From positions 1 through 25,811 of the forward strand of contig JBEBGD010000080.1 of the NCBI GenBank assembly GCA_040081625.1: DNA of 25,811 bases, given 5' to 3'. Positions 16,518 through 24,408 of the stretch are shown here, piece by piece (the first letter of the stretch is position 1; each line of letters begins with the position of its first letter). The notes beneath the pieces were generated by a model. That model ran no database searches and was not told where the DNA came from. It worked only from the letters and a program-made list of their open reading frames with translations. The translations under genes and the position numbers were made by a program. This stretch comes from Chthoniobacteraceae bacterium (GTDB taxonomy: Bacteria; Verrucomicrobiota; Verrucomicrobiia; Chthoniobacterales; Chthoniobacteraceae).

Positions 16518-17072
16518 TTAGACGTTGGCGTTGACCCACGCGGTCACGACCGACTGGGAATGCGCCGCGCCGAAGAGCTTGTCGGGGCAGCTCGTGCCGC
16601 CCCCGGTATAGCCGGGTGCGAAGTCGTGGCCGTAGATGCGCGCGCGGGGAATGTCGTATTGATCGAGAAGCCACCGGATGAGCGCGGCAGAAGCGCCGGC
16701 CTGTGCGGAAGCCATGGCCTGATCTTCGGTGCCCACATGCTCGATGCCGATCGAGTTCTGGTTGGCGCCCTTGCAGTGGTTCGCCCGGTCGCTATCGCGC
16801 ACCATCTGGATGATGTCGCCATTGCGGTCGATCACGTAGTGCGCCGAGACCTGCCGCCCACCGGAGTTGAGGAAGGTAGCGATGGTGCCTTGCAAAGAAC
16901 CCTCCGTGCAGTGGAGCACGATCATGTCGATGCGCGTGCCGTTGCGCGAGGAGTGGTTTGGGCTTTCGACAAACTGCTTGATCGGCGGCTTAGCGTTCGG
17001 GTTGCTGCTGCCGTGCCCGTCATCGTGGTCGTGGGCGGCGAGGGCGGCGGGTTTCTTGGTTTTCTTGCTCAT
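16518..17072 (-). CDS. Amidase_2 family N-acetylmuramoyl-L-alanine amidase (AmpD/T7-lysozyme/PGRP fold), 184 aa
   Basis: SPNHSSR, IVLHCT, VSAHYVIDRNGDIIQMV, RANH, NQNSIGIEH, IYGHD, TSCP (His/His/Cys Zn ligands). ATG 17072 (MSKKTKK) follows an A/C-rich leader; the ORF-track extension to 17189 looks non-coding in this frame. Confidence 0.9.
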   Translation of the reverse strand: MSKKTKKPAALAAHDHDDGHGSSNPNAKPPIKQFVESPNHSSRNGTRIDMIVLHCTEGSLQGTIATFLNSGGRQVSAHYVIDRNGDIIQMVRDSDRANHCKGANQNSIGIEHVGTEDQAMASAQAGASAALIRWLLDQYDIPRARIYGHDFAPGYTGGGTSCPDKLFGAAHSQSVVTAWVNANV

Positions 17073-17115
17073 GGCGGTGGTCGATGTGGTGTTTTGTGTG
17101 TGGTGAAAGGCTCGC

Positions 17116-17313
17116 TCACCCTGCCGCTGGCGGGTTGCGCGTGGGGCCGGGAGGCGGCGGCGTGGCGTTCTCCGGAAACTCGAATCCAACTATCAACGCC
17201 GGACCGATCCTGAGCTTCTCATTGGCCCCTGTCAGCGGGATGGGATTCGTCAGACCGCTGAGTGCGTCGCAGACAATGTCGCGAGCTTGGGGACGGGTGA
17301 GCTTGGCCATCAT
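17116..17313 (-). CDS. Putative small hypothetical protein (65 aa) with Pro-rich tail
   Basis: MMAKLTRPQARDIVCDALSGLTNPIPLTGANEKLRIGPALIVGFEFPENATPPPPGPTRNPPAAG. Preceded by the A/C-rich leader CACCCACTCACCCACGCACCG, like the downstream amidase, and co-oriented with the run. Confidence 0.5.
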   Translation of the reverse strand: MMAKLTRPQARDIVCDALSGLTNPIPLTGANEKLRIGPALIVGFEFPENATPPPPGPTRNPPAAG

Positions 17314-17528
17314 CGGTGCGTGGGTGAGTGGGTGCGAGCGCGGACTTCCGCAATCGCTGGCGCCGATTCCACCAGACCCCACGCAAACGCGCCATCCGGC
17401 TGCACTCGCAAATCCCTGTGCGGTAATGTCGCAACGCATTCCTTACGCAAGGCGCAATGGCAGCCCGAGAATCTTCTTGAGGCCGCCTGCGATTTTCCCC
17501 TACACCGCATCGCGAAGGAGTCACGCCC

Positions 17529-18191
17529 ATGAAAAGTTCACCCCGTTGCGATGTGTTGGTTATCGATCCCGAGCCGGTGGCGCGGTTGGGGATGATCACG
17601 TTGCTCAAATCCCATGCGCGGTTGCGCGTCGCCGGCGAGGCCGAGACGGTGCGCACCGGGCGCGAGCTTTGCGCGAAGCTCAAGCCGGACATCGTCGTCA
17701 TCGATCCCGCGATGGAAGGCGGCGAGGGATTCGTGTTGCTCAAGGACGTGCCGCGCTGGGCGCCGCGGGCGCGTGTCGTGGCCTTCTCGGCGATTGAGGA
17801 TGCGTTCTTCGTGCAGCGCGCGTTTTCCGCGGGCGCGTGCGGGTATGTGACGCGCCGCGATCCCGTGCCGGCGCTTATCTCGGCGGTGCTCGGCGCCGCC
17901 AGCGGCGAGCGGCATGTCAGCCCGCGCATCGAGAAGGTGCTGCTCGATCACCTCGCCGCCGGCTCGCCCGCTGCGAACCACGGAGCGCTCGGGAAGCTTA
18001 GCGAGCGCGAGCTGCAAGTTTTTCACCTCCTCGGCGAAGGCCATGCCACGCGTGTCGTCTCGGAGCGGCTCGGCGTCAGCGTGAAGACCGTCGAGAGCCA
18101 TCAGCAGCGCATCAAGTCAAAGCTGTGCGTAGGCTCCGGCGCGGAGCTGCGCAAGCGCGCGGCCCTGTTCGTCGCCGGGCGGGGCGCCTGA
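17529..18191 (+). CDS. NarL/FixJ-type response regulator (receiver + LuxR HTH), atypical receiver
   Basis: VLVIDPEP, KPDIVVIDP, AFSA, GACGYVTR. HTH LSERELQVFHLLGEG..LGVSVKTVESHQQRIKSKL. AAGGAG lies upstream of the ATG. Confidence 0.93.
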   Translation: MKSSPRCDVLVIDPEPVARLGMITLLKSHARLRVAGEAETVRTGRELCAKLKPDIVVIDPAMEGGEGFVLLKDVPRWAPRARVVAFSAIEDAFFVQRAFSAGACGYVTRRDPVPALISAVLGAASGERHVSPRIEKVLLDHLAAGSPAANHGALGKLSERELQVFHLLGEGHATRVVSERLGVSVKTVESHQQRIKSKLCVGSGAELRKRAALFVAGRGA

Positions 18192-18225
18192 TCGGCGCGA
18201 GGCCCGCGCACGCTGCGGATCGTTC

Positions 18226-19071
18226 ATGCGTCCATTCCTCACTCAACTCCGCTGGGAATTCCGAAAACTCCGGGCGCGGCCAGCCACCTACTTTGGTTTT
18301 GCGGCGTGCGCGCTGTGGAGCCTCGCAGGCTCGCTCCTGCTGCGCGTGCCGGCGGTGCGGCTGCACATCCAGCGCGATCTTTGGAGGATGCAGTGGGATT
18401 TTGAAAAGACGTTCTCCGGCCTCACGACGGCCACGCACTTCATGGGCGAAGCGATGACGCTCGCCGGCTCGCTCTCGCTCACGCTGGTCGCAGCCGGGAT
18501 GCTCGCGGGCGAGGCGGAGGACGGCTCGATGCGGATGACTTTCTGCCGGCCGATCTCCCGCACGCGCGTGCTCGCGCTCAAGCTGATCGTCTGCGCGGTG
18601 TATTCGACCGCGCTGACCTGCTTCGTCGCGGCAAGCGCCCTTGGCGTCGGGCTTTTGTTTGAAGGCCCGGGGCCGCTCATCATGGTCGCCACGCACGAGA
18701 GCGTGTTGGGTGCGTTCGACTTTTCCACCGGGCTGCAACGCTACGCGCTCGCCTCGGCGCTCCTCGCGGTCAGCGCGCTCAGCGGCACGCTCTTCTCGTT
18801 TACGTGCGCGTGTTTTCCGGTGAAGCCGGCGACGGCCATCGCGCTCGCGCTCACGCTTACCTTTGCGGACAACAGCATCCGCGCCGCTCCCTCGATGGCG
18901 CACGTCGCGCCGTATTGCCTGACGACGCGCCTCATCGCGTGGCGGCAGGTCTTCAACGAAGACATCCCCATCGCGCGCCTGCGCCGGCTCTACGGGCAGT
19001 TGCTCGCCATCGACGCCGCGCTGCTCGCGATCGCGTGGAGTGCGTTTCGCCGGCGCGAGTTCAAGCGATGA
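18226..19071 (+). CDS. ABC-2 type transporter permease subunit
   Basis: About six hydrophobic segments, N-terminal WEFRKL, AGEAEDGSMRMTFCRPISRTRVLALKL motif and C-terminal FRRREF. Confidence 0.85.
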   Translation: MRPFLTQLRWEFRKLRARPATYFGFAACALWSLAGSLLLRVPAVRLHIQRDLWRMQWDFEKTFSGLTTATHFMGEAMTLAGSLSLTLVAAGMLAGEAEDGSMRMTFCRPISRTRVLALKLIVCAVYSTALTCFVAASALGVGLLFEGPGPLIMVATHESVLGAFDFSTGLQRYALASALLAVSALSGTLFSFTCACFPVKPATAIALALTLTFADNSIRAAPSMAHVAPYCLTTRLIAWRQVFNEDIPIARLRRLYGQLLAIDAALLAIAWSAFRRREFKR

Positions 19072-19755
19072 TCACTCGACGTAGGTGCCGAGGATTTTTC
19101 CGCTCAGCTTGAACGCGGCGCGCGTGACGATGCCGTTGATGTCGGTCGTCACGTTGTTCCTGTCGGTCGTCCTAAACTTGAAGCGGCCCTGGATGGTGGC
19201 GGTTGCGACGGGCGAGACCCTGGGCGGAGAGAATTGCTGTTTGCTTAACGGTCCCGACGAAAGCCCGGACCCGGTGAAGCTCGAGGCGAGGATCGCGAAC
19301 TTCGACGGATTGCCCAGTGTTGTCGTCATGAATGTGCCCGTGCCGACCCCGGAGCCTTTGCGGCGCCCGCCGAGAAAGGCCACGTCGTAATCGAGCGTGT
19401 CGAGCGTGGCGACGACGGTCTTCACCAGCGCCGGGCCGGTCTGCGAACTGTCGCAGACGATCATCTTCGAGAGCACCGGATCGCCCGAAGGGTGAAAGGT
19501 GAGCGACATCGCAAGGAAAAGATCCGAGTCGAGTCTCGTGCCCGGCGCCTGCCCGAGCGCGAGGTTGATCAGATCGTTCGTCTTCAGCTTCGTGGTCGCG
19601 ATCCTGTCGATGTCGAAGTTGATCGTCGTGACGCTCACGGGGATCGTCGCCGAGATCTTGAAGATATAAAACGTGTGTGTGGCCTGGGCGCACGCGAGCG
19701 GCGACAGGGCGAGGAGGAAAAGCACCGTGGCGACTGCAAGGCGTAATGTTCTCAT
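19072..19755 (-). CDS. Secreted hypothetical protein, beta-rich, 227 aa
   Basis: Signal peptide MRTLRLAVATVLFLLALSPLACA followed by Thr/Ser/Gly/Phe-rich alternating strands. Fills the gap between neighbours; its stop abuts the permease stop (TGATCA). Confidence 0.8.
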   Translation of the reverse strand: MRTLRLAVATVLFLLALSPLACAQATHTFYIFKISATIPVSVTTINFDIDRIATTKLKTNDLINLALGQAPGTRLDSDLFLAMSLTFHPSGDPVLSKMIVCDSSQTGPALVKTVVATLDTLDYDVAFLGGRRKGSGVGTGTFMTTTLGNPSKFAILASSFTGSGLSSGPLSKQQFSPPRVSPVATATIQGRFKFRTTDRNNVTTDINGIVTRAAFKLSGKILGTYVE

Positions 19756-19854
19756 GGCGTGACTTCGTTACTCCCGCGCACTGCGGCCGTCAATGCTCCC
19801 GCACTTCGACGCTTGCCACCCCATCACCGCCCGGTGATCACCATTTGCACATCC

Positions 19855-20667
19855 ATGTCCCACCGCTCCGCCGTCCTGCTCCTCGTCGCTGCGTCGGTGC
19901 TGTGGAGCTTTGGCGGGGTGATGATCAAGAGCGTGGACTGGCCCTCGCTCGCGAAGGCCGGTGCGCGCAGCGCGGTCGCGGTGCTCATCATGTGGGCGTG
20001 GCTGCGCAAGCCACGCTTCACCTTCTCGCCCACCCAGGTCGGCATCGCGATCACCTACGCGGCGACGCTCATCTTCTTTGTCGTCGCGACCGACCGCACC
20101 ACCGCAGCGAATGCGATCTTCCTCCAATACACCGCGCCGATCTATGTCGCGCTGCTCGGCTCATGGGTGCTCGGCGAACGCACGCGCCCGCTCGACTGGC
20201 TGTGCATCGCCGTCGCGCTCGGCGGCATCGGGCTCTTTTTCCGCGAGCAGCTCAGCGCCACCGGCTTTGCCGGAAATCTCGCCGGCCTCGCGAGCGGCGC
20301 GTGCTTCGGGACGACCGTGCTGCTGCTGCGCAAGGAACGCGACAACTGCCCCGCCTCCGCGCTGCTCCTCGGCAACATCCTCGCCGCAGTGATCGGCCTG
20401 CCTTTCGGCATGGGCCGCATGCCTTCCACGCATGAATGCGGCGTGCTCGTGCTCATGGGCGTGGTGCAACTCGGCGTGCCCTACATCCTCTACAGCCTCG
20501 CGATCCGCCGCGTGAGCGCTCTCCAGGCGATCCTCATCCCGATGCTCGAACCGATCCTCAATCCCGTCTGGGTCGCGATCGCGCGCGGCGAAATCCCCGG
20601 CCCGTGGAGTCTCGCCGGCGGCGGGCTAGTGCTCGGCGCGGTCGTGCTGCGCGGTGTGATGCGCTGA
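19855..20667 (+). CDS. EamA/DMT family transporter (~270 aa)
   Basis: About 10 TM segments, LWSFGG, TTAANAIFLQYTAPIYVALLGSWVLGER, LEPILNPVWVAIARGEIPG. ATG 19855 is preferred over the ORF-track start at 19759. Confidence 0.92.
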   Translation: MSHRSAVLLLVAASVLWSFGGVMIKSVDWPSLAKAGARSAVAVLIMWAWLRKPRFTFSPTQVGIAITYAATLIFFVVATDRTTAANAIFLQYTAPIYVALLGSWVLGERTRPLDWLCIAVALGGIGLFFREQLSATGFAGNLAGLASGACFGTTVLLLRKERDNCPASALLLGNILAAVIGLPFGMGRMPSTHECGVLVLMGVVQLGVPYILYSLAIRRVSALQAILIPMLEPILNPVWVAIARGEIPGPWSLAGGGLVLGAVVLRGVMR

Positions 20668-20670
20668 GGG

Positions 20671-21054
20671 TCAGGCCGCCTGCGACGTGAGTCGGCTTCC
20701 CACCGTTTCGATCAACGCGAGCGGATTGACCGGCTTGGAAAGGTAGTGCTCCCCGCCCCGCAGCCCTTCCTCGGCTGCGGAGATCAGCGCCGTCACGAAC
20801 ACAATCGGAATCCTGGAAAGAGCGGGCACGGTGCGCAATTCGGCTGCGAGTTGGTGGCCGTCTTTCTCGGGCATCATCACGTCGAGCAGGATCAGGTCTG
20901 GCTGAAAATCGCGCGCGGCGTTCATCACCGACTCCGGCTCGTTCTCGACCTGCACGCTATACTGCCCGATCCGCTCGAGCAGGGTCCGAATCACGCCAGT
21001 CGTGGTCTTGTCGTCATCGACGACCAGGATTCGGATTCGTTTGTATTCGCTCAT
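20671..21054 (-). CDS. Single-domain response regulator (CheY-like receiver), 127 aa
   Basis: ILVVDDD, PDLILLDVMMPEKDG, IVFVTA, YLSKPV, with all catalytic residues canonical. ATG 21054 (MSEYKR). Confidence 0.93.
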   Translation of the reverse strand: MSEYKRIRILVVDDDKTTTGVIRTLLERIGQYSVQVENEPESVMNAARDFQPDLILLDVMMPEKDGHQLAAELRTVPALSRIPIVFVTALISAAEEGLRGGEHYLSKPVNPLALIETVGSRLTSQAA

Positions 21055-21191
21055 GCCCACCCTGTAGAAGCAGATGCCATGCATCCCTACCGGGTAGATT
21101 TTGGGATTCTTTCATGGGAAGACTACCGACTCTCGGAGAACGAACTTCAGGGTATTTCCCGAGGCAAGGCCCGCCTACCCCCGCAGCCCGC

Positions 21192-21219
21192 TTGCGCTCC
21201 CGGATTCTCGCGCAATAGT
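21192..21219 (+). promoter_or_regulatory. Possible sigma70-like promoter for the cyclophilin/Ig gene
   Basis: TTGCGC-16 nt-AATAGT ending about 25 nt before GTG 21244, in the divergent intergenic region. Confidence 0.25.
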
Positions 21220-21243
21220 CCCCGCGGTTTCCAGCGCCCGCCA

Positions 21244-24200
21244 GTGTCCCACTCCTCATTGAAACTCATCCTCCCCTTGTTCGCGGTCGTCGGGCACTTT
21301 GTATCCACTCCGGGCTACGCGGCCGTGCCGGTGATCGATCCACCCATCCCGACGCAGGGCCAAGCGGCGCGGGTGACCCCAAACATCCCAGTCGGCAAGA
21401 CGCTGCTCTTCCCGATCACGGCGAGCGACGCCGATGGCGACGCGCTCTCTTATAAGGTCACAAGCTCCAACCCGGCGATCCTCGCCCGGGTCAAGACGGG
21501 CAATCCCAAGCTGGTGCTGAACCTCAGCCACGCCGACGGCGGCGCCGATGATCCCGCTTTCGCCGGCACGATGGAGTTTATGCTCTTTCGCGACTGGCTG
21601 CCGGTCAGCGCCGGGTTCGTCGCGGGCATGGCGCAGGCGGGCTTCTACGACAATGTGCTCTTTCACCGCATCGCAGACCTCGGCGGCGGCGCGGGGACGA
21701 CCGGTTTTATTTTTCAGGGCGGCGATCCGCTCGGCACCGGCAGCGGCGGACCCGGGATGACGGCCAGCGACCCGCAGACCTCGTGGAAGTTTCAAAACGA
21801 ATTCCATAACGGCACGATCTTCAGCGGACGCGGCCAGCTCGCGATGGCCAATGCCGGAACCAACACCGGCTACTCGCTCGGATCCGGCGGCACGCTGATC
21901 GTCCCCGACTACCGCGACTCGAACGGCAGCCAGTTCTTCATCACCGACGGCCAGCCGCGCCACCTCGACTTCAAGCACAACATCTTCGGCCAGATGCTGC
22001 GCGGCTGGGAGCTGCTCCCGAAATTCCGCGCGACAAAGACGAGCAGCTCGCGCCCGGACCTCGACCTGAAGATCCTCACCGCGACCATCCAGCCGAACGA
22101 AACCGACGCCGTCCTCGTGCTCAGTGCAAAGGCGCGCGGTTCGTCACTGATCACCGTCACCGTCCGCGATCCGGGCGGCGCGAGCGCGAAGCGCAGCTTC
22201 ATCGTGCGCGCTGTGCGCGACGAGTCGAACTGCAATCCCTTCGTCCGCCGCATGGACCCGGTCGCGACGCCCAAGGACATCCCTGCAGTCTTCGCGCTCG
22301 ACGCGGTCGATCTCGAGTTCGACTACCTCGACGTCCAGCACTCGATGCTGCCGCAGTCCGCATCCATCGGCCCGAAAGGCACACTGCTCGCGTCGAGCGG
22401 GCGCGTCGTCCAGATGCAGCCGACCGCGGGCTACACCGGCTTCAACAACCTCGGCTTCAGCATCCGCCAATACGACATCGGCGTCGGCGGTTTCACCGCG
22501 ATTTCCGATTACACGAATGCCATCGTCTCCAGCGGCGACCGCGCCGCCCGCGGCGAAGGCGTGAGCATCGACGCCCGCCCCGCGATCCCGCTCGCGAACG
22601 TCGTCGTCGCGAAGCTTCACGATCTCGATCCCGCGGGCGTGCCGGGAAATTTCACCGCGAATGTCAACTGGGGCGACGGCACGCCGCTGACCACCGCGAC
22701 CCTCGCGCGCGACACCACCGCGCCGGGCGCCGGGCTCTACGTCGCGCTCGGCAGCCACACTTACGCGAAAGCCGGCGTCTATACGGTCATCGCCGAGTTC
22801 TCCGGCAATGCCGGGGCGCGCGCCTCCGCTCGCAGCATCGCGGAAGTGAGCGTGGGCACGCTGCGCGCGTCCGGCGGCGCGGTCGAGTCGAACAGCGGCC
22901 GCATCGTCAATCGCGTGGTCGCCACCTTCACCGACGCCCTGCCCGCACTGGCATCGGGCTACACGGCGCGCATCGACTGGGGCGACGGATTGGTGTCGGA
23001 CGGCGCGATCACTCGCGATGCGGAAAGCGGCAAATTCCTCGTGCGCGGCACCCACGGCTATCGCGACAGCGAGCCATTCGCGGTGAGCGTTCGCATTCAC
23101 AAAAAGACCGATGTCGCCGCGAACGACGCGCTCGCGTGGACGACGATCGTGCCGCGCTTCAAGGCCTCGCCGCACCTCCCGCCCTTCCCGCACCCGAAGC
23201 TCACGATCGCGTGGAACAGCGGCCCGACCAAATCGCAGCGCGGCCGGCCCGGTCCGAACTATCAGGTCACCTACAACGGCACCTTTGTGATCATCAACAC
23301 CGGCAACCGCACACTCGGCGTGTCGAAACTGCGCTTCTGGCTCTCGGACGACCGCACGCTGAACAAAACCGGCCCGCAGCGCGACCGCGTCGTGCTCGTG
23401 AACGGGCAGCCGGAGCTGAACATCATCCCCTTCCCCGCGGGCGCCGGCGGCAGCGGCGCGTTCGCGCTCACCATGCCCAAGGGCCAGAGCAGCGGCGGCA
23501 AATACCTGCTCAGCGAAGCCGACTACTCCGACCCGATCGCCAACGACGACGGCTCCGACAAAGTCAACGTCACCGGCCCACTGCCGCCGACGATCCTCCT
23601 CTCGAAAACCAGCGGCCTCGAAACCACCGAGGCCGGCGGCACCGCGACCTTCACCGTCGTGCTCGACACGCGACCCACCACCCCGAAGATCGCGATCACG
23701 AGCATCGCCGCGGGCAGTCCCGTCACCATCAACACCGCCATGCCGCACGGCATCACCAGCGGCAGCGAAGTCCTCATCGCAGGCGTCACCGGCAGCACGC
23801 CGGAAATGAACGGCGTCTTCATCGCCACGGTCACCGACACCGACACCTTCACCATCCCGCTCGCCGTCACCACCGCGGGCACCGGCGGCACCGTGCAGTT
23901 GAACCCGCAGGTCGTCATCCCGATCGACACCACGCTCGCGACCGAAGGCACGCCCGCGGCGAGCGTGGCGATTACATCCATCACCGCCGGCACTCCGACC
24001 ACCGGAAATCCTGGCCACGACAACACGAATATCCAAACCGCGACGCCGCACGGACTCGTCACCGGCGATCAAGTCATCTTCTCGAACGTCACCGGCAACG
24101 ACCCCGTGCTGAGCGCGATCACCCACAGCGTCGGAGTGATCGACGCGACGACCTTTACGATCCCGGTCACCCTCACCACCGCGGGCACCGGTGGTCGTGT

Positions 24201-24408
24201 CCAAAATCTTCGCAGGAGGCTCGTCTTCACCGCCGAAAACTGGAGCGTGCCGCAGACCGTGACCGTGACCGGCGTGGACGACCCGAACATCGACGGCGAC
24301 AAGCTCTACCGCATCCAGGTCAAGGCCGCGATCAGCGCCGACCTGCTATACAACAACGTCATCGCCGGCGACGTTCTCGTCTTCAACGCGGACAACGACG
24401 CGCCATGA
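21244..24408 (+). CDS. Large exported cyclophilin-type peptidyl-prolyl isomerase with cadherin/Ig-like, two PKD-like, CARDB-like and Calx-beta-like domains (~1050 aa)
   Basis: Signal-like LKLILPLFAVVGHFVSTPGYAA. ITASDADGDALSY (cadherin/Ig-like). Cyclophilin FYDNVLFHRI, FQGGDPLGTGSGGPG, LAMANAG, NGSQFFIT, HLDFKHNIFG. VNWGDG/IDWGDG (PKD-like), LRFWLSDD (CARDB-like), TTEAGGTATFTVVL...FTAENWSVPQTVTVTGVDD. Start is GTG 21244 or TTG 21259; the ORF-track start 20746 overlaps the receiver gene. Confidence 0.9.
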   Translation: MSHSSLKLILPLFAVVGHFVSTPGYAAVPVIDPPIPTQGQAARVTPNIPVGKTLLFPITASDADGDALSYKVTSSNPAILARVKTGNPKLVLNLSHADGGADDPAFAGTMEFMLFRDWLPVSAGFVAGMAQAGFYDNVLFHRIADLGGGAGTTGFIFQGGDPLGTGSGGPGMTASDPQTSWKFQNEFHNGTIFSGRGQLAMANAGTNTGYSLGSGGTLIVPDYRDSNGSQFFITDGQPRHLDFKHNIFGQMLRGWELLPKFRATKTSSSRPDLDLKILTATIQPNETDAVLVLSAKARGSSLITVTVRDPGGASAKRSFIVRAVRDESNCNPFVRRMDPVATPKDIPAVFALDAVDLEFDYLDVQHSMLPQSASIGPKGTLLASSGRVVQMQPTAGYTGFNNLGFSIRQYDIGVGGFTAISDYTNAIVSSGDRAARGEGVSIDARPAIPLANVVVAKLHDLDPAGVPGNFTANVNWGDGTPLTTATLARDTTAPGAGLYVALGSHTYAKAGVYTVIAEFSGNAGARASARSIAEVSVGTLRASGGAVESNSGRIVNRVVATFTDALPALASGYTARIDWGDGLVSDGAITRDAESGKFLVRGTHGYRDSEPFAVSVRIHKKTDVAANDALAWTTIVPRFKASPHLPPFPHPKLTIAWNSGPTKSQRGRPGPNYQVTYNGTFVIINTGNRTLGVSKLRFWLSDDRTLNKTGPQRDRVVLVNGQPELNIIPFPAGAGGSGAFALTMPKGQSSGGKYLLSEADYSDPIANDDGSDKVNVTGPLPPTILLSKTSGLETTEAGGTATFTVVLDTRPTTPKIAITSIAAGSPVTINTAMPHGITSGSEVLIAGVTGSTPEMNGVFIATVTDTDTFTIPLAVTTAGTGGTVQLNPQVVIPIDTTLATEGTPAASVAITSITAGTPTTGNPGHDNTNIQTATPHGLVTGDQVIFSNVTGNDPVLSAITHSVGVIDATTFTIPVTLTTAGTGGRVQNLRRRLVFTAENWSVPQTVTVTGVDDPNIDGDKLYRIQVKAAISADLLYNNVIAGDVLVFNADNDAP
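23686..24210 (+). repeat. Two ~75-80 aa internal repeats (AITSI.AG.P...T..PHG...G..V....VTG......TFTIP...TTAGTGG.VQ), FCCH-like
   Basis: Copies at about 23686-23904 and 23965-24210, sharing the near-identical ends TFTIPLAVTTAGTGGTVQ and TFTIPVTLTTAGTGGRVQ. Confidence 0.8.

Noticed and set aside
15329..17072. Prophage lysis cassette
   Set aside because: No holin, spanin, integrase or structural phage genes nearby.
17073..17528. Possible riboswitch or ncRNA upstream of the amidases
   Set aside because: Only short hairpins (e.g. CCTT-ACGC-AAGG) and no recognisable c-di-AMP or c-di-GMP aptamer consensus. Part of the region is better explained by a small ORF. An Rfam/Infernal scan would settle it.
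20746..21243. N-terminal 166-aa extension of the 1220-aa ORF
   Set aside because: It overlaps the opposite-strand receiver gene and its upstream region; the signal peptide begins at about 21244-21259.
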